This document shows positions 35,636 to 48,400 of a stretch of 56,608 nt of DNA, in pieces. A program made the translations under genes and the position numbers. Source of the DNA: Octopus bimaculoides (taxonomy: Eukaryota). The stretch's first letter is position 1. Every line of letters begins with the position of its first letter. The stretch lies in the NCBI RefSeq assembly GCF_001194135.2, contig NC_068989.1:88057478-88114085 (forward strand), written 5' to 3'. Below the pieces are notes generated by a model that worked only from the letters and a program-made list of their open reading frames with translations, did not search any database and was not told where the DNA came from.

Positions 35636-36543
35636 CCTAGGGTTGTAATATCAAAACATGTTTGAGAGAGAGAGACACACAGACACACAAAACTGTGATG
35701 TCCATGCCTTACAAACCATTCTGGGCCAATAACAACCCCCTACCCCTGTCTTTGGGGTTATATAAGCAAAGCATCATTAAACCAGGAAGTGAAACGGTGA
35801 GTTCTAAAAGGATTGAAGTCAATTAAGAGGAAGGACAGTACCCATGGCTTCAGAAACACCACCCCCATCTATCATCATTCGTGCATATTACCTCCACCAC
35901 ACACACAGCACTACCCACACACCTACACATCACATGGCTACATTCATGTGTAACTTACACAGACATGAAAACATTTTTTTGTTTGTTTGTTTGTTTGTTT
36001 GTTTGTTGGTAGCAAAGTGCAAAGACCCTACATTTTTTTAAAAGGGAGTGGAGTTTGGTGAAAGGGGAGGGGGGGAAAGAGGGATTGTGATGTTCATTAT
36101 ATTCCCACCTCCCCAAGGATAATTAATTCGCTTTAGCTTGGATCTGAAATCTGGTTGGGAAGATGGTGGGGGTCACTCAACGGTAGCCAACTGACCAACT
36201 AAATCTCCCCCCTCCCCACCAACTTGTTCAATGACACACAGACAAAACCCCTGCCACACACTTAAGCTAAATAAATAAATATAAAAATATAATTAAAAAA
36301 ATATATGTAAAAACAAAACAAAACGCAGGGGCTTTGCTGTGTGGGAAGCAGAGGGGATGGAGAGGGGGTTCCAACCAAGATCCCGGAAAATCACTGTCTT
36401 TAGTCTCTATAGCAAACTGGGGGGTGGGGGTGAGAAAGAACGGCAGAAGGACCAGAAGAAAGTTGGCAGGGAAAAGGTGCTGGTGAGAAGAGAAAAGAAA
36501 AAAAAAAGTAGAAAACAAGATGAAGGAAAGATAGAAGGGAGTT

Positions 36544-36595
<52 letters not shown>

Positions 36596-36611
36596 CTAAG
36601 TGAGAGAATCT

Positions 36612-36707
36612 TTAAGAAGATGTAGCCGGCGATGGCGATGGGGATAAAGATTTCCTGAGATTGTTTGGTAACTGTGAATCTATCATCTTACTCATGTGTT
36701 TGTGAAC
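36612..36707 (-). CDS. LSM12: LSM12 terminal coding exon (VHKHMSKMIDSQLPNNLRKSLSPSPSPATSS*)
   Basis: Acceptor ttctattttacag|GTT, phase 0, TAA at 36614-36612. V.KH matches the LSM12 V(E)KH start of the last exon. Total CDS 588 nt = 195 aa + stop. Confidence 0.88.
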   Translation of the reverse strand, partial: VHKHMSKMIDSQLPNNLRKSLSPSPSPATSS

Positions 36708-36982
36708 CTGTAAAATAGAAGCAAACAAAAATTGAATGTTGGATGAGAGCAGAGAAAAGAATAAGGCAAAACATTAACCAAACGTTTTCCAAGCCACTAA
36801 ACCAGTCAAAGAGGTTAAAATAACTTAGTTATCATTAAGCTACAGTTAGGAACATAAACTGTGATTAAGGTTTGGTGGAAGATTTTAATTCAAAACTTAT
36901 GAAAACAAGACATTTGTACTACAGAGCCAGAGGCAGTTTCAGTCAGGTTGGTATCGAAAGGGTGAAATTAATCATTTGTTAA

Positions 36983-37204
36983 CCCTTTTGTTACCATATT
37001 TCTGTTGAGATGCTCTGTGTTTCTTTCAATTGATTTTAAATATAACAAAGAATTTAGTAAAATAACTTAGTTATCATTCAGCTGGTGTTAGGCACATAAA
37101 TTGTGACTAAGGTTTCATGGAAGATTTTAATTCAGAACTTTCGAAAACAAGGCATTTGTACTACAGAGCCAGAGCTGGTTTTAGCCAGGTTGGTAACGAA
37201 AGGG
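36983..37204. mobile_element. piggyBac-type MITE (TTAA TSD); a degenerate tandem sister copy lies at ~36800-36967
   Basis: TTAA|CCCTTTTGTTACCA ... TGGTAACGAAAGGG|TTAA (TTAA at 36979-36982 and 37205-37208). Confidence 0.85.
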
Positions 37205-38695
37205 TTAAGGTTCCATAAAAAATTTTGGTTTTGATGTATTTATTACAAGAAACAACTGACTTTTTAGATGGTTCAACTGACACGGGTGAATGTATGATAA
37301 ACAAAATAGGAATTTTAAAAGAAGTTTCTATAAAACTAGCTTTTAAACATTGAATGGCTATTGGGGGAGAGGGTCCACCAGAGAACAGTAACGTAAATGG
37401 ACCATAGGTGGAGAACCATTTAGTGACAGAAAATGGATTGTCTGTTGGTTGAGTCATAACTCCAGCACTGTGTCACAGTTACTCATCAGGGTGGATCTCT
37501 CTATTTTTCAACAATGACAATTCAGTTGTTCAATCAACTGAAATACCTGCTCCTACACTAACAGGTAAGTTGCTGAGCGTTCTACAGACAGGTGTGCTCT
37601 TAGTATAATTCTCAGGTATGGTTGTATGGGTAACAAGCTTGCATCCCAACCACAAGGTCTTGGGTTCAGTCCCATTGCATGGCACCTTGGGCAAGTGTCC
37701 CCTTTTATAGCCCCAGATCAACCAAAGTCTTGTCAGGGGACTTGATAGGCTGAGACCTGGTAAATGGATATTTGAGAGACAGAAATTGAGAGAAATCCGT
37801 CATATAAATGTGTGTGTGTGTGTGTGTCTGGTTGTAAACAAGCACTGTTTATTTCCAGTCTTCCCTAAAAACGTCTGACTATGGGAAAACCTGTGGAATA
37901 TTTGGTTCAGATATGGTTGGTTTAAATGCTAAAGTGTTAAGTTGAGGATTGTGATGTAAAAGATTTTAATTCTTTTTTAGAAAAAAGTTATTAAAATATC
38001 AATTTTGCAATAAATGCAGAATATAACAGTCTGCATACAATAATGTTTAACCCATAAAACATGACAGGCCACAATCATGGCTGCCAGAAACAAGTTGACA
38101 GGCCACGATCATGNNNNNNNNNNNNNNNNNNNNNNNNNNNNNNNNNNNNNNNNNNNNNNNNNNNNNNNNNNNNNNNNNNNNNNNNNNNNNNNNNNNNNNN
38201 NNNNNNNNNNNNNNNNNNNNNNNNNNNNNNNNNNNNNNNNNNNNNNNNNNNNNNNNNNNNNNNNNNNNNNNNNNNNNNNNNNNNNNNNNNNNNNNNNNNN
38301 NNNNNNNNNNNNNNNNNNNNNNNNNNNNNNNNNNNNNNNNNNNNNNNNNNNNNNNNNNNNNNNNNNNNNNNNNNNNNNNNNNNNNNNNNNNNNNNNNNNN
38401 NNNNNNNNNNNNNNNNNNNNNNNNNNNNNNNNNNNNNNNNNNNNNNNNNNNNNNNNNNNNNNNNNNNNNNNNNNNNNNNNNNNNNNNNNNNNNNNNNNNN
38501 NNNNNNNNNNNNNNNNNNNNNNNNNNNNNNNNNNNNNNNNNNNNNNNNNNNNNNNNNNNNNNNNNNNNNNNNNNNNNNNNNNNNNNNNNNNNNNNNNNNN
38601 NNNNNNNNNNNNNNNNNNNNNNNNNNNNNNNNNNNNNNNNNNNNNNNNNNNNNNNNNNNNNNNNNNNNNNNNNNNNNNNNNNNNNNNNNNNNNNA

Positions 38696-38972
<277 letters not shown>

Positions 38973-39401
38973 TTAATGAAGGTAGTGGATCGATAGAGCA
39001 TCAAACAAAATGTCTTTGTGCTCTTAGTTACATTGAATTACTTTCAGGTTTGACATGGCCTTTAATCCTTCTGAAAGCAATGAAATAAATACCAGTTAAA
39101 TATTAGGGATTAGATTTTTAATCAACTGTTTCCTTCCACGAAATTCGTGGCTTTGGATTGTATAAATCACCTCATTAACACTTCATGCTCTGCTAGGTTA
39201 AGATCAGAAGAGCTGAGCGGGTGTCTGTGTCTGTACGTGACTTCTGAGGTACCTAAAACCCATCTGGAAAATGCATGGCACATGCAACCAAATTATACTT
39301 GTCTGTAAGTGATAGTTATAATGCATGTTGCAAATGTTTTCAACATAGGCCCAGGAGCTAAAATTTATGGAGCAGGTGTGGTCAATTGATTACATTAAAT
39401 A

Positions 39402-39667
39402 GCTCCTGTGCAGGTGGCACGTAAAATACACCATTTTGAGCGTGGCCATTGCCAGTACTGCCTGACTGGCCTTCGTGCCGGTGGCACGTAAAAAGCACCC
39501 ACTACACTCTCAGAGTGGTTGGTGTTAGGAAGGGCATCCAGCTGTAGAAACTCTGCCAAATCAGATTGGAGCCTGGTGTAGCCATCTGGTTTGCCAGTCC
39601 TCAGTCAAATCGTCCAACCCATGCTAGCATGGAAAGCGGACATTAAACGATGATGATGATGATGATG
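39402..39667 (+). mobile_element. Young family C RTE-tail repeat in LSM12 intron 3
   Basis: Near-identical to 28030-28296. Confidence 0.9.
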
Positions 39668-40974
39668 AACCCCAGCAAGTACTTGAAGTAGGTTATTCTG
39701 TAAACCCAGGAGAAATGAAAGGTAAAGTTGATTCTGGTGGGATATGAATTCAATAATATTATTACAGGTGCAAACATGGCTGTGTGGTAAGGAATTTGCT
39801 TCCTAATTACATGGTCCCGAGTTGTCTCACTGCGGGGCACCTTGAGTAGTTGTCTTCTACTATAAGTCCCGAGCCAACTAAAGCCTTGTGAGTGGATTTC
39901 ATGGATGGAAACTGAAAGCAGTGGGGGGGGGGAGGGTCTTCAGACCATGTAATAGTTGTAAATGTGTGTCAATGTCTGAATGTAGGGAAACATTGCCTTG
40001 ATCGGAAACTGCTAAGGATTAGTGACAGGAAGAGCATCCAGCTATAGAAAAAAATCTGCTTCAAATAAACTCCATCTGACTGATGCAAGAATGGAAAAGA
40101 GGATGTTAAGTGATGATGATGTCTCTAACATAAGACAAAGCCAGACATTTTGCAGGAGTATTTAGTTGGTTAAATAAACCTCAGTACTTGACTGGGACTT
40201 TATTTTATCAACCCCAGAAAGTTGACAAAAGTGTGCTTAAAAACACAAGCACAACAGCTGAAATTTGAGCGATAGGCACGCTGATAACATGGGCCTTGGT
40301 ATTTCATTAATAGTCTGTTAACTTTGGGATTTGATCTCAGAACTCAAAAGAAGCATTTTTTTTTTGCAGATGCCTTAACAATTCTGCCAATTCCTCATCC
40401 ATTCATAATCTTGGCACAGGGCTAGCAATTTTGAAGTGTGTGTGGGGGGGGGGAGTCGATTACATCAACCCTAACCCTAACCCTGAAAGGATAAAGAAAA
40501 AAAAAAACAAAGTCAACCCCTGTGGTTGACATCACCTTGACAGTGTGTGCAGCTCTCTGACTCAATAATAATAATATTGGTTTCACATTTTGGTACAAGG
40601 CCAGCAATATCAGGTAAGGGGTAAGTCTATTACACCAACATTTTATTGACCCCCAAAAGGATGAAAGACAAAGTAAACTCTTGCAGCATTTGAACTCAGA
40701 ATGTAAAATTGGAAGATATGTTGCAATGCGTTTTTTCCAAACCTTAATAATCGTTTCTACTATAGGCACAAGGCCTGAAACTTATTGACCCCAAAAGGGT
40801 GAAAGGCAAAGTTAACCCGGCAGAACCTGAACTCAGTATGCTGTGGCAGACGAAATACCACTAAGCATTTCACCCAGCATGCTAACGGTTCTGCCAGCTC
40901 ACCGCCTTAATTTTCCAACCTTAATAATAATAATAATAATAGAAGAAAAAAGAAAGAAAAAGAAAAAAACCAAC

Positions 40975-41084
40975 GTTTTGATAATTGCATCAAAGACTGC
41001 CTGTCCTTCGGCTGAAACGCCAACACCAACATGATTGACCCTCTCTTTCTTGTTGTCCACATTCTGTCTTATTCGGCTGGTCAG
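40975..41084 (-). CDS. LSM12: LSM12 coding exon 3 (LTSRIRQNVDNKKERVNHVGVGVSAEGQAVFDAIIK[T])
   Basis: 110 nt. Acceptor tttcatttcag|CTG, donor AC|GTTGGT (phase 2). Matches the anticodon-binding-like domain start (GVS.EGQ.LF..I.KT). Confidence 0.92.
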
Positions 41085-41615
41085 CTGAAATGAAAGAATA
41101 AATCTAACATTAAAACACACGCCTCCATGATATAATATTTATTTATAAGATATTTAAAATATGTTAATATCATTCAAGGCCCAATAGAAAAGTTGTTACA
41201 AAGACCACCATTATCTTATGTGGTCACTTTGTGATGTCATTGCTATGACAATATTGATAGCGTCACACGTGTTTTGCAAATTGATTAAGGAGTATGTTGG
41301 CTACAAGTTCAATGTCAGAACTTGACTATTCAGTTGAATAAAGCTTCTGAATACAAGGAGTGTCTGTCCACAGTTTTACTCTGTTACGTACAATATAACA
41401 CACCAATGCCATCACTGGTTAATAATCCTTTCTATTATAGGCACAAGACCTAAATGTTTGGGGTACTTAATCTATCGACCCCAAAAGGAAAGGTAAAGTC
41501 AAGCTTGGCATGGCAGGAACACCTCTGCTCAATTGGTGTACATTTAGAGCTAAACAATTCAAAAGGCATACAACAAGAGAATATCAGAAAGAAGAAATAA
41601 ATGCTGCAGGCTTAC

Positions 41616-41749
41616 CTTTGCTAGGTTGAGAGGCATCAGCTGTGGAGGCTGTTCTTTAGCATCTGCTAACACAATGACATCTTTCACATAATCAAGATTG
41701 ATAAGTTTCATATCATGAAGATTGGAATTACCATTTGTGGCATTAGATT
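41616..41749 (-). CDS. LSM12: LSM12 coding exon 2 ([K]SNATNGNSNLHDMKLINLDYVKDVIVLADAKEQPPQLMPLNLAK)
   Basis: 134 nt, phase 1 in and phase 0 out. Acceptor ctctcag|AA, donor AAG|GTAAGC. Aligns without gaps to human [45 protein letters not shown] (recalled from memory). Confidence 0.93.
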
Positions 41750-41761
41750 CTGAGAGACTTT

Positions 41762-41770
41762 GTTAAGGAA
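41762..41770 (-). promoter_or_regulatory. U12-type branch point sequence TTCCTTAAC
   Basis: Exact match to the TTCCTTAAC consensus, ending 12 nt upstream of the intron 3' end. Confidence 0.9.
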
Positions 41771-43145
41771 ATCAAATAATGTTACAAAGCAACAAGTCAC
41801 AAATACATACACACATTAAAATATTATATTCCAAGAGACACCTCTTCTATATACACCTTCTATATACACCTTTGAACAAGGCTAAACAGCAACTGTAAAA
41901 TAATTTAGTTATGTAAACATAAGCACAAGCGTAGTCGTGTGGTAAGAAGCTTGCTTTCCAACCATATCGTCCTGAGTTCAGTCCCACTGCATCGCACCTT
42001 GGGCAAATGTCTTCTACTATAGCTTCAGGTCAACTAAAGTGTAACGAGTGGATTTGGTAGATGGAAAATGAAAGAAGCCCATTGTGTGTATGTGTGTCCC
42101 ACCACCACTTGACAACTGGTACTGGTGTGTTTATGTCCCCATTACTGTTGCCATGCACACCCACTACCCTTCACCACCGTAATTTCATTAACCCACTGAT
42201 ATACACACACACACTAACCCTCTTTACAAATAATTTACCAAATATAAGTATTTAAAGTACACACCCTCCCAATTTTGGAGGTCTCTAAAACAGCAGTTCT
42301 CACCTGCCACTCCCAGGACTTTGTGCAACCCTCAAGCATCCTTCTTGCAGCCCTCAACTGACTTTTATAATTTTTTCTTTAACTGACTTGTACTTTACAT
42401 TTTTGGTGTGGCCCCCTAAAAAAAAAACCAGAAGAGGTGAGAACCACTGCTCTAAAGCATAATATCCAATATACTTTGTTGTTCTGCATGACNNNNNNNN
42501 NNNNNNNNNNNNNNNNNNNNNNNNNNNNNNNNNNNNNNNNNNNNNNNNNNNNNNNNNNNNNNNNNNNNNNNNNNNNNNNNNNNNNNNNNNNNNNNNNNNN
42601 NNNNNNNNNNNNNNNNNNNNNNNNNNNNNNNNNNNNNNNNNNNNNNNNNNTAAAGATAGTGGAATGTGTCCCTAAACTCCTCTTTGGTCTTGTGCTCAAA
42701 GCATGTTGTTTGTCCCTTCTCAAGCCATGCTTGGCTCATAAGGGCCACTTTGCTGGTTTCATTGCCGTATAGCTTCCCCCACCTGGACGGGACACCCATC
42801 CATCTTAGGTGAGCTGCTAGATGCAGGAGAAGAGTGAGAGAAAGTTATGGTGAAAGAGTTAGCAGAGTTTGCCATTGCTGCGTGGAGCTTAGGTGTTTCG
42901 CTCATAAACATACACATCGCCTGGTCTGAGATTCGAACCCGTGATGCCTCAACTGCAAGTCCACTGCTCTCACCACTAGGCCATGTGCCTCCATGTTCAA
43001 AGCATTAGCTGCAATAAGGTTATTGATAGAAATGTGGACCAAAAGAATCCAAAGAACAAATGTTTAATAATACAATTAGTGCTAATGAATGGTCAGAGTC
43101 CAAAGGTACACAGACAAAATCTGTCTAGGCACAAAACATAAATAA

Positions 43146-43445
43146 CAAGAGCACTCAGAGAGCGCAAACCTCCAACAATTAGCAGGAGATGATTTTTAAA
43201 ATGAGACTATCTGAAATAAACTCTACTGCTCTCAAAAATTTAAAAATAAGAATAAAAAGGAAAAATAATCCAGAATCCTTGTCTGGTACCGGGTGAATCC
43301 CAAAACCTAATCAGTCCGTGCCAGTCACAAGGCCAAACATCTCTGAAAGTTTCATCTGAATCCTTCCAGCGGTTCTTGAGATATCTTGTCCACAGACAAA
43401 CACAGCTGAAAACAGTACCTCCACCTTCGTTAAGGCGGAGGTAAT
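43146..43445. mobile_element. Helentron-associated (HINE-like) non-autonomous element
   Basis: One end caagagcactcagagagcgcaaacctcc. The other end is the stem-loop tacctccaccttcgttaaggcggaggta (43416-43443). No TSD. Confidence 0.6.
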
Positions 43446-43469
43446 TATGAAAGTAGAAGGATCATCTAT

Positions 43470-43790
43470 TTCATTGATGAGTTTTCAGTCGTTTGATCAA
43501 CTGTGATACCCACCCAAAAGAACTAACGTGTAAATGGCTGAGTATTCCTGACACATGTACGCTTAACATAATTTAGCATACACCTACACAAGTGTGTCCC
43601 ACCCTGACTTTATTTTAATCATTGACACTCTGTTGGTCACAACAAAGAGTGTTCCAGCTGATCCGATCAACGGAACAACCAGCTCATGAAATTAATGTGC
43701 AAGTGGCTGAGCACTCCACAGACATGCATACTTTTAACAAATTTCTCAGGGAGATCCAGCGAGACACAGAATATGACAAGAATATTACAA
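43470..43790 (+). mobile_element. SINE body with duplicated aagtggctgag(c/t)actcc...acac(a)tg...cttaac unit
   Basis: Two similar units at ~43525 and ~43695. An inverted copy lies at 690-835. Confidence 0.55.
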
Positions 43791-45239
43791 CTCCCCGCTT
43801 TCGGTTATTTTTTTTTTTTGCTTAATTTTTCTACAGAAACCCACCTTTTTGAATGCGGAGATNNNNNNNNNNNNNNNNNNNNNNNNNNNNNNNNNNNNNN
43901 NNNNNNNNNNNNNNNNNNNNNNNNNNNNNNNNNNNNNNNNNNNNNNNNNNNNNNNNNNNNNNNNNNNNNNNNNNNNNNNNNNNNNNNNNNNNNNNNNNNN
44001 NNNNNNNNNNNNNNNNNNNNNNNNNNNNNNNNNNNNNNNNNNNNNNNNNNNNNNNNNNNNNNNNNNNNNNNNNNNNNNNNNNNNNNNNNNNNNNNNNNNN
44101 NNNNNNNNNNNNNNNNNNNNNNNNNNNNNNNNNNNNNNNNNNNNNNNNNNNNNNNNNNNNNNNNNNNNNNNNNNNNNNNNNNNNNNNNNNNNNNNNNNNN
44201 NNNNNNNNNNNNNNNNNNNNNNNNNNNNNNNNNNNNNNNNNNNNNNNNNNNNNNNNNNNNNNNNNNNNNNNNNNNNNNNNNNNNNNNNNNNNNNNNNNNN
44301 NNNNNNNNNNNNNNNNNNNNNNNNNNNNNNNNNNNNNNNNNNNNNNNNNNNNNNNNNNNNNNNNNNNNNNNNNNNNNNNNNNNNNNNNNNNNNNNNNNNN
44401 NNNNNNNNNNNNNNNNNNNNNNNNNNNNNNNNNNNNNNNNNNNNNNNNNNNNNNNNNNNNNNNNNNNNNNNNNNNNNNNNNNNNNNNNNNNNNNNNNNNN
44501 NNNNNNNNNNNNNNNNNNNNNNNNNNNNNNNNNNNNNNNNNNNNNNNNNNNNNNNNNNNNNNNNNNNNNNNNNNNNNNNNNNNNNNNNNNNNNNNNNNNN
44601 NNNNNNNNNNNNNNNNNNNNNNNNNNNNNNNNNNNNNNNNNNNNNNNNNNNNNNNNNNNNNNNNNNNNNNNNNNNNNNNNNNNNNNNNNNNNNNNNNNNN
44701 NNNNNNNNNNNNNNNNNNNNNNNATAAATAATCGAAAGGGAGTACGATCCATGTCCTTTACCTCCGCCAATTACTACTACATGCCTATAAGGCAGAATCG
44801 TTAGCATACCAGCAAACTGCTTAGAGGCATTTTACGTTCTGAGTTTGGTTTTGGACCTTAAGTTTCATTTCGTGGACCACGTGTTTGGTAACAAACAACA
44901 AATTAATTGATAATTAAATCAAAGTTAAAACGGATGGATTTGTTTTAGTGATTTTTTTTTAACCCGTTGCCTCAGTTAATAAGGGTTACTATTATGTATT
45001 GAAGCTAATTTCATACAACGTACACGTTAAGGAGAGCTGGAGGAGGGGCGAAGGCCTTAGATAAAACCCATAAAAACTTACGAAATGTGTTTTGGACTTG
45101 CTTAAAATCAGGTTCGGGCATGCGTTGAGGTCGGGAATGTGATAACATGCCTGGACATCATAGATCTTGGCAAATAAGCGCGTGAACATGTATGCGTGTC
45201 GGTTGGTATGTGCGTATTTCTCAAGTGTTTTAATACGTA

Positions 45240-45530
45240 ACTTTATCTTTTTATTGTTTCCGGACTCTGCACTGCGGTCATGCTGCAGCACCGCCTTGAA
45301 GGGTTTTAGTCGAAAAAAATCGACCTTAGTGCTTACTTGTAGAATCTGGTATTCTATCGATCTCTTGTCAAACCGCTAAGTTACATGGGACGTAAAGAAA
45401 CTACCACTGGTTGTCACAGCTTTCCACACAGTGTTCGTCTACCAAATCCACTCACAAGGAACTGGTCGGCCTGGGGCTATATTAGAAGACACTCACCCAA
45501 GGTGCAGCGCAGTGGGACTGAACTTGCGGT
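45240..45530 (-). mobile_element. Family A SINE (diverged) in the LSM12 minor intron
   Basis: Reverse complement of the head, core and tail of family A. Confidence 0.75.
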
Positions 45531-45636
45531 TACAGAATGAGATGATGACATGATACAACCACATCTGCGCCTTAATGCATTGGAAAGTATTAAAAAAAAT
45601 CTTATTTTTAATCGATATTTAAAAGAAAATGTATTC

Positions 45637-45682
<46 letters not shown>

Positions 45683-46003
45683 GTTGCTATTATGCAAAAG
45701 TGTCGCATGTCCAAAACGTTGCTTTTTCAGAAAACGAAACAATAGTTTCACCATTCCATTCGTTTTTACATTAGCAACAGTTTTAGCTCAACAATAATGA
45801 TACTTCGTTGGGTGCATAAAATCGTAACTCCATGCATGTAGGATATTTTCAGTCAGAAATATTTTCGCGAAACTGTCGTATGTGGGACTTGCTACACTTT
45901 TGAAAAATGCTAAACTTTTGGACTACACTTTAACAATTTTTATCTAAAGCAGCTGGAGATACGATAGTTTGACCAAATGAACCGGCTATTGCAAACAAAA
46001 TTA

Positions 46004-46147
46004 GGTAAATTTTCAGATTAACACCCGCACAATCTTCACTGGGATGTTAGCGTTACGGTTAGGGACGGAATTCCTTAACCTTAAAATCCTAACCCTGACC
46101 CTAACTCCCTAGTGAAAATCGTGCCGGTGTTAATCTGAAAATTTACC
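46004..46147. mobile_element. Second copy of the GGTAA...TTACC TTAGGG-core MITE, perfect 8 bp TSD CAAAATTA
   Basis: TSD at 45996-46003 and 46148-46155. TIRs homologous to 19234-19442, with a shorter telomere-like core. Confidence 0.88.
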
Positions 46148-46620
46148 CAAAATTAAATATTGAATAAAAAAAAAAAACGCATTTGGCCAAATTTGGACAT
46201 ACAACAGTTTAACATAATAGCAACGATATACACACACAACCGACATAGATATAGGTTTCATATAAATGTCGTTATTTTACACTCATGAATTAACTCCGAA
46301 ATGGACGACAGACGGTACAACACTAAAGCAGATGATGACATAACACAACGTTTAAAGTGCTTATTCTGGTGTAAACAAACGAAAAAGCAACACGTCCTTC
46401 GCAGAAAGCCCTCACCACCACTACCATCACTATTAAACTGTTGGCCGCAAGATTTGTAGAGCAGCGATGCCCAACCTTTTTGCACCACGAAAAGGGGTCT
46501 CAACGCGCATAACAAAACATGAAGTGAATAATATATGATTTAACTACAATATTATATATACAATGTAAAAAAAAACACCCAGTCTACCGTGATAGTGAAA
46601 ATAGAATTAAAATTTCTTTT

Positions 46621-47019
46621 AGGCGCAGGATGACTATGTGGTAAGTAGCTTGCTTACCAACCACATAGTTCCGGGTTCAGTCCCACTGCATGGCACCTTG
46701 GGCAAGTGTCTTCTACTATAGCCTCGGGCCGACCAAAGAGTTGTGAGTGGATTTGGTAGACGGAAACTGAAAGAAGCCTGTCGTATGTATATATATATAT
46801 GTATGTATGTTTGTGTGTCTGTTTGTCACCCCAACATCGCTTGACAACCGATGCTGGTGTGTTTACGTCCCCGTAACATAGCGGTTCAGCAAAAAGAGAC
46901 CGATAGAATAAGTACTAGGCTTCCAAAGAATAAGTCCTGGGGTCGATATGCTCGACTAAAGGCGATGCTCCAGCATGACCGCAGTCAAATGACTGAAACA
47001 AGTAAAAAAAGTAAAAGAG
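46621..47019 (+). mobile_element. Family A CORE-like SINE, full length
   Basis: A-box-like and B-box-like head (ggttcagtccc). Core gcaccttgggcaagtgtcttctactatagcctcggg resembles the CORE domain. Central (TA)/(TG) microsatellite; gtaaaa-repeat tail. Confidence 0.9.
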
Positions 47020-48221
47020 CGTGAGTGTTTGGGGCAGCCTGTTGTCGAGGGTCGTAGAAAAAAACTTTGCGATGTTGACTTACGTCCCTTGAAATTTGGC
47101 GTCGATTTGAAACTGGTGTCAGCTTTCGTCTGATCGATAAAATAGATATCAGTGATTATAAGGAATTGCCCCACCACCATCGTCAAGTTTGGGGGTTCTC
47201 TGTGCTAAGGTTAAAATATTGTAGGTTCTGTTGATTCATGTCACACAGAACCTCGTTCGGCCTGCTAGAAATAACAGCCAAATTTATCATATCACGATAC
47301 CATAGCACCTTGAAAAATAAATAACTAAAAATGTAAAAACATTGGGTACAGTATTTCTGGATATACTGTGCTTGAATAAAAGATGAGAGAGTCATGGTTG
47401 GCCTGAATCTAAACAGAAATCCTAGTTTTCGCTAACAAAAAAGTTATGGGTTGTGTAGCAGTTTGTGCTCTCTCTAGAGCCCCAACATCTGTTCAAACCC
47501 TTTATTGAAGTTACACAGTGTTCCTTCAACTAATATCACAGTCATCTAGTATCAGCTTTATCCAATCGCAATGCCAAGCTCGCACATTTAACTGTGCACC
47601 CTATTAATAACTACAAGCCCACAGATCCATCAGGCTTGGTTACACGAGACAAGACTGGAGTATTTGAAATTCATACGGCAATCATCATTGTTTTAACGTC
47701 CATTTTTCCATGCTTGCATGGGTCATACAGACTTTATTGAGGCAGATTTTCTACAATTCGAAGCCCCTCCTGTCACCAACCCTCACCGGTTTCCAAGCAA
47801 GGTAATGTTTCCCCGTGACCAAATAGGACTTCACAGAACATTACAAATGATACAATGTCAAGACAACGAAACAACACACATACAAGGGCTTCTTACAGTT
47901 TCCATCTTCCAAATCCACTCACAAGTCTATAGAAAGTGCTACAGTTTCCATCTATCAAACCTGCTCACAAAGATTTGGTCAGACGGAGGCTACTGCAGAA
48001 GATACTTGTCCAAGGTGCTATGTAGCAGGACTGAACCAATGCTGTATCAGTCTACTTTTTCTCAGGCATTAGACTTCTGGTTATCAAACTCATTAAATGT
48101 TTGCATTGAAAGAAATAAGAATGAAAAAAAAATCTCATCTATTTTTCTCTTTCGTAAACCAAGTTTGGATGGGTGTCTATACACCACCAAAGTTATAGAA
48201 TGCCTGGCTGAATGTGTATAA

Positions 48222-48400
48222 GCTAACGTTACGTTCTGAGTTCAAATTCCGCCGAGGTCGACTTTGCCTTTCATCTTTTTGAGGTCGATAAATTAAGTAC
48301 CAGTTACACACTGGTGTCGATGTAATCAACTTAATCCCTTTGTCTGTCCTTGTTTGTCCCCTCTATGTTTAGCCCCTTGTGGGCAATAAAGAAATAAGAA
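48222..48400 (+). mobile_element. Family B SINE, 3' two-thirds with intact tail
   Basis: gttctgagttcaaattccgccgaggtcgactttgcc...gggcaataaagaaataag. Confidence 0.85.

Larger units (their letters stand above)
31800..36611 (-). other. LSM12: Putative long LSM12 3' UTR (3' boundary uncertain)
   Basis: Follows the stop codon. Rich in microsatellites. An A-rich sense-strand tract with AATAAA hexamers lies near 31.9-32.0 kb. No transcript evidence. Confidence 0.35.
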
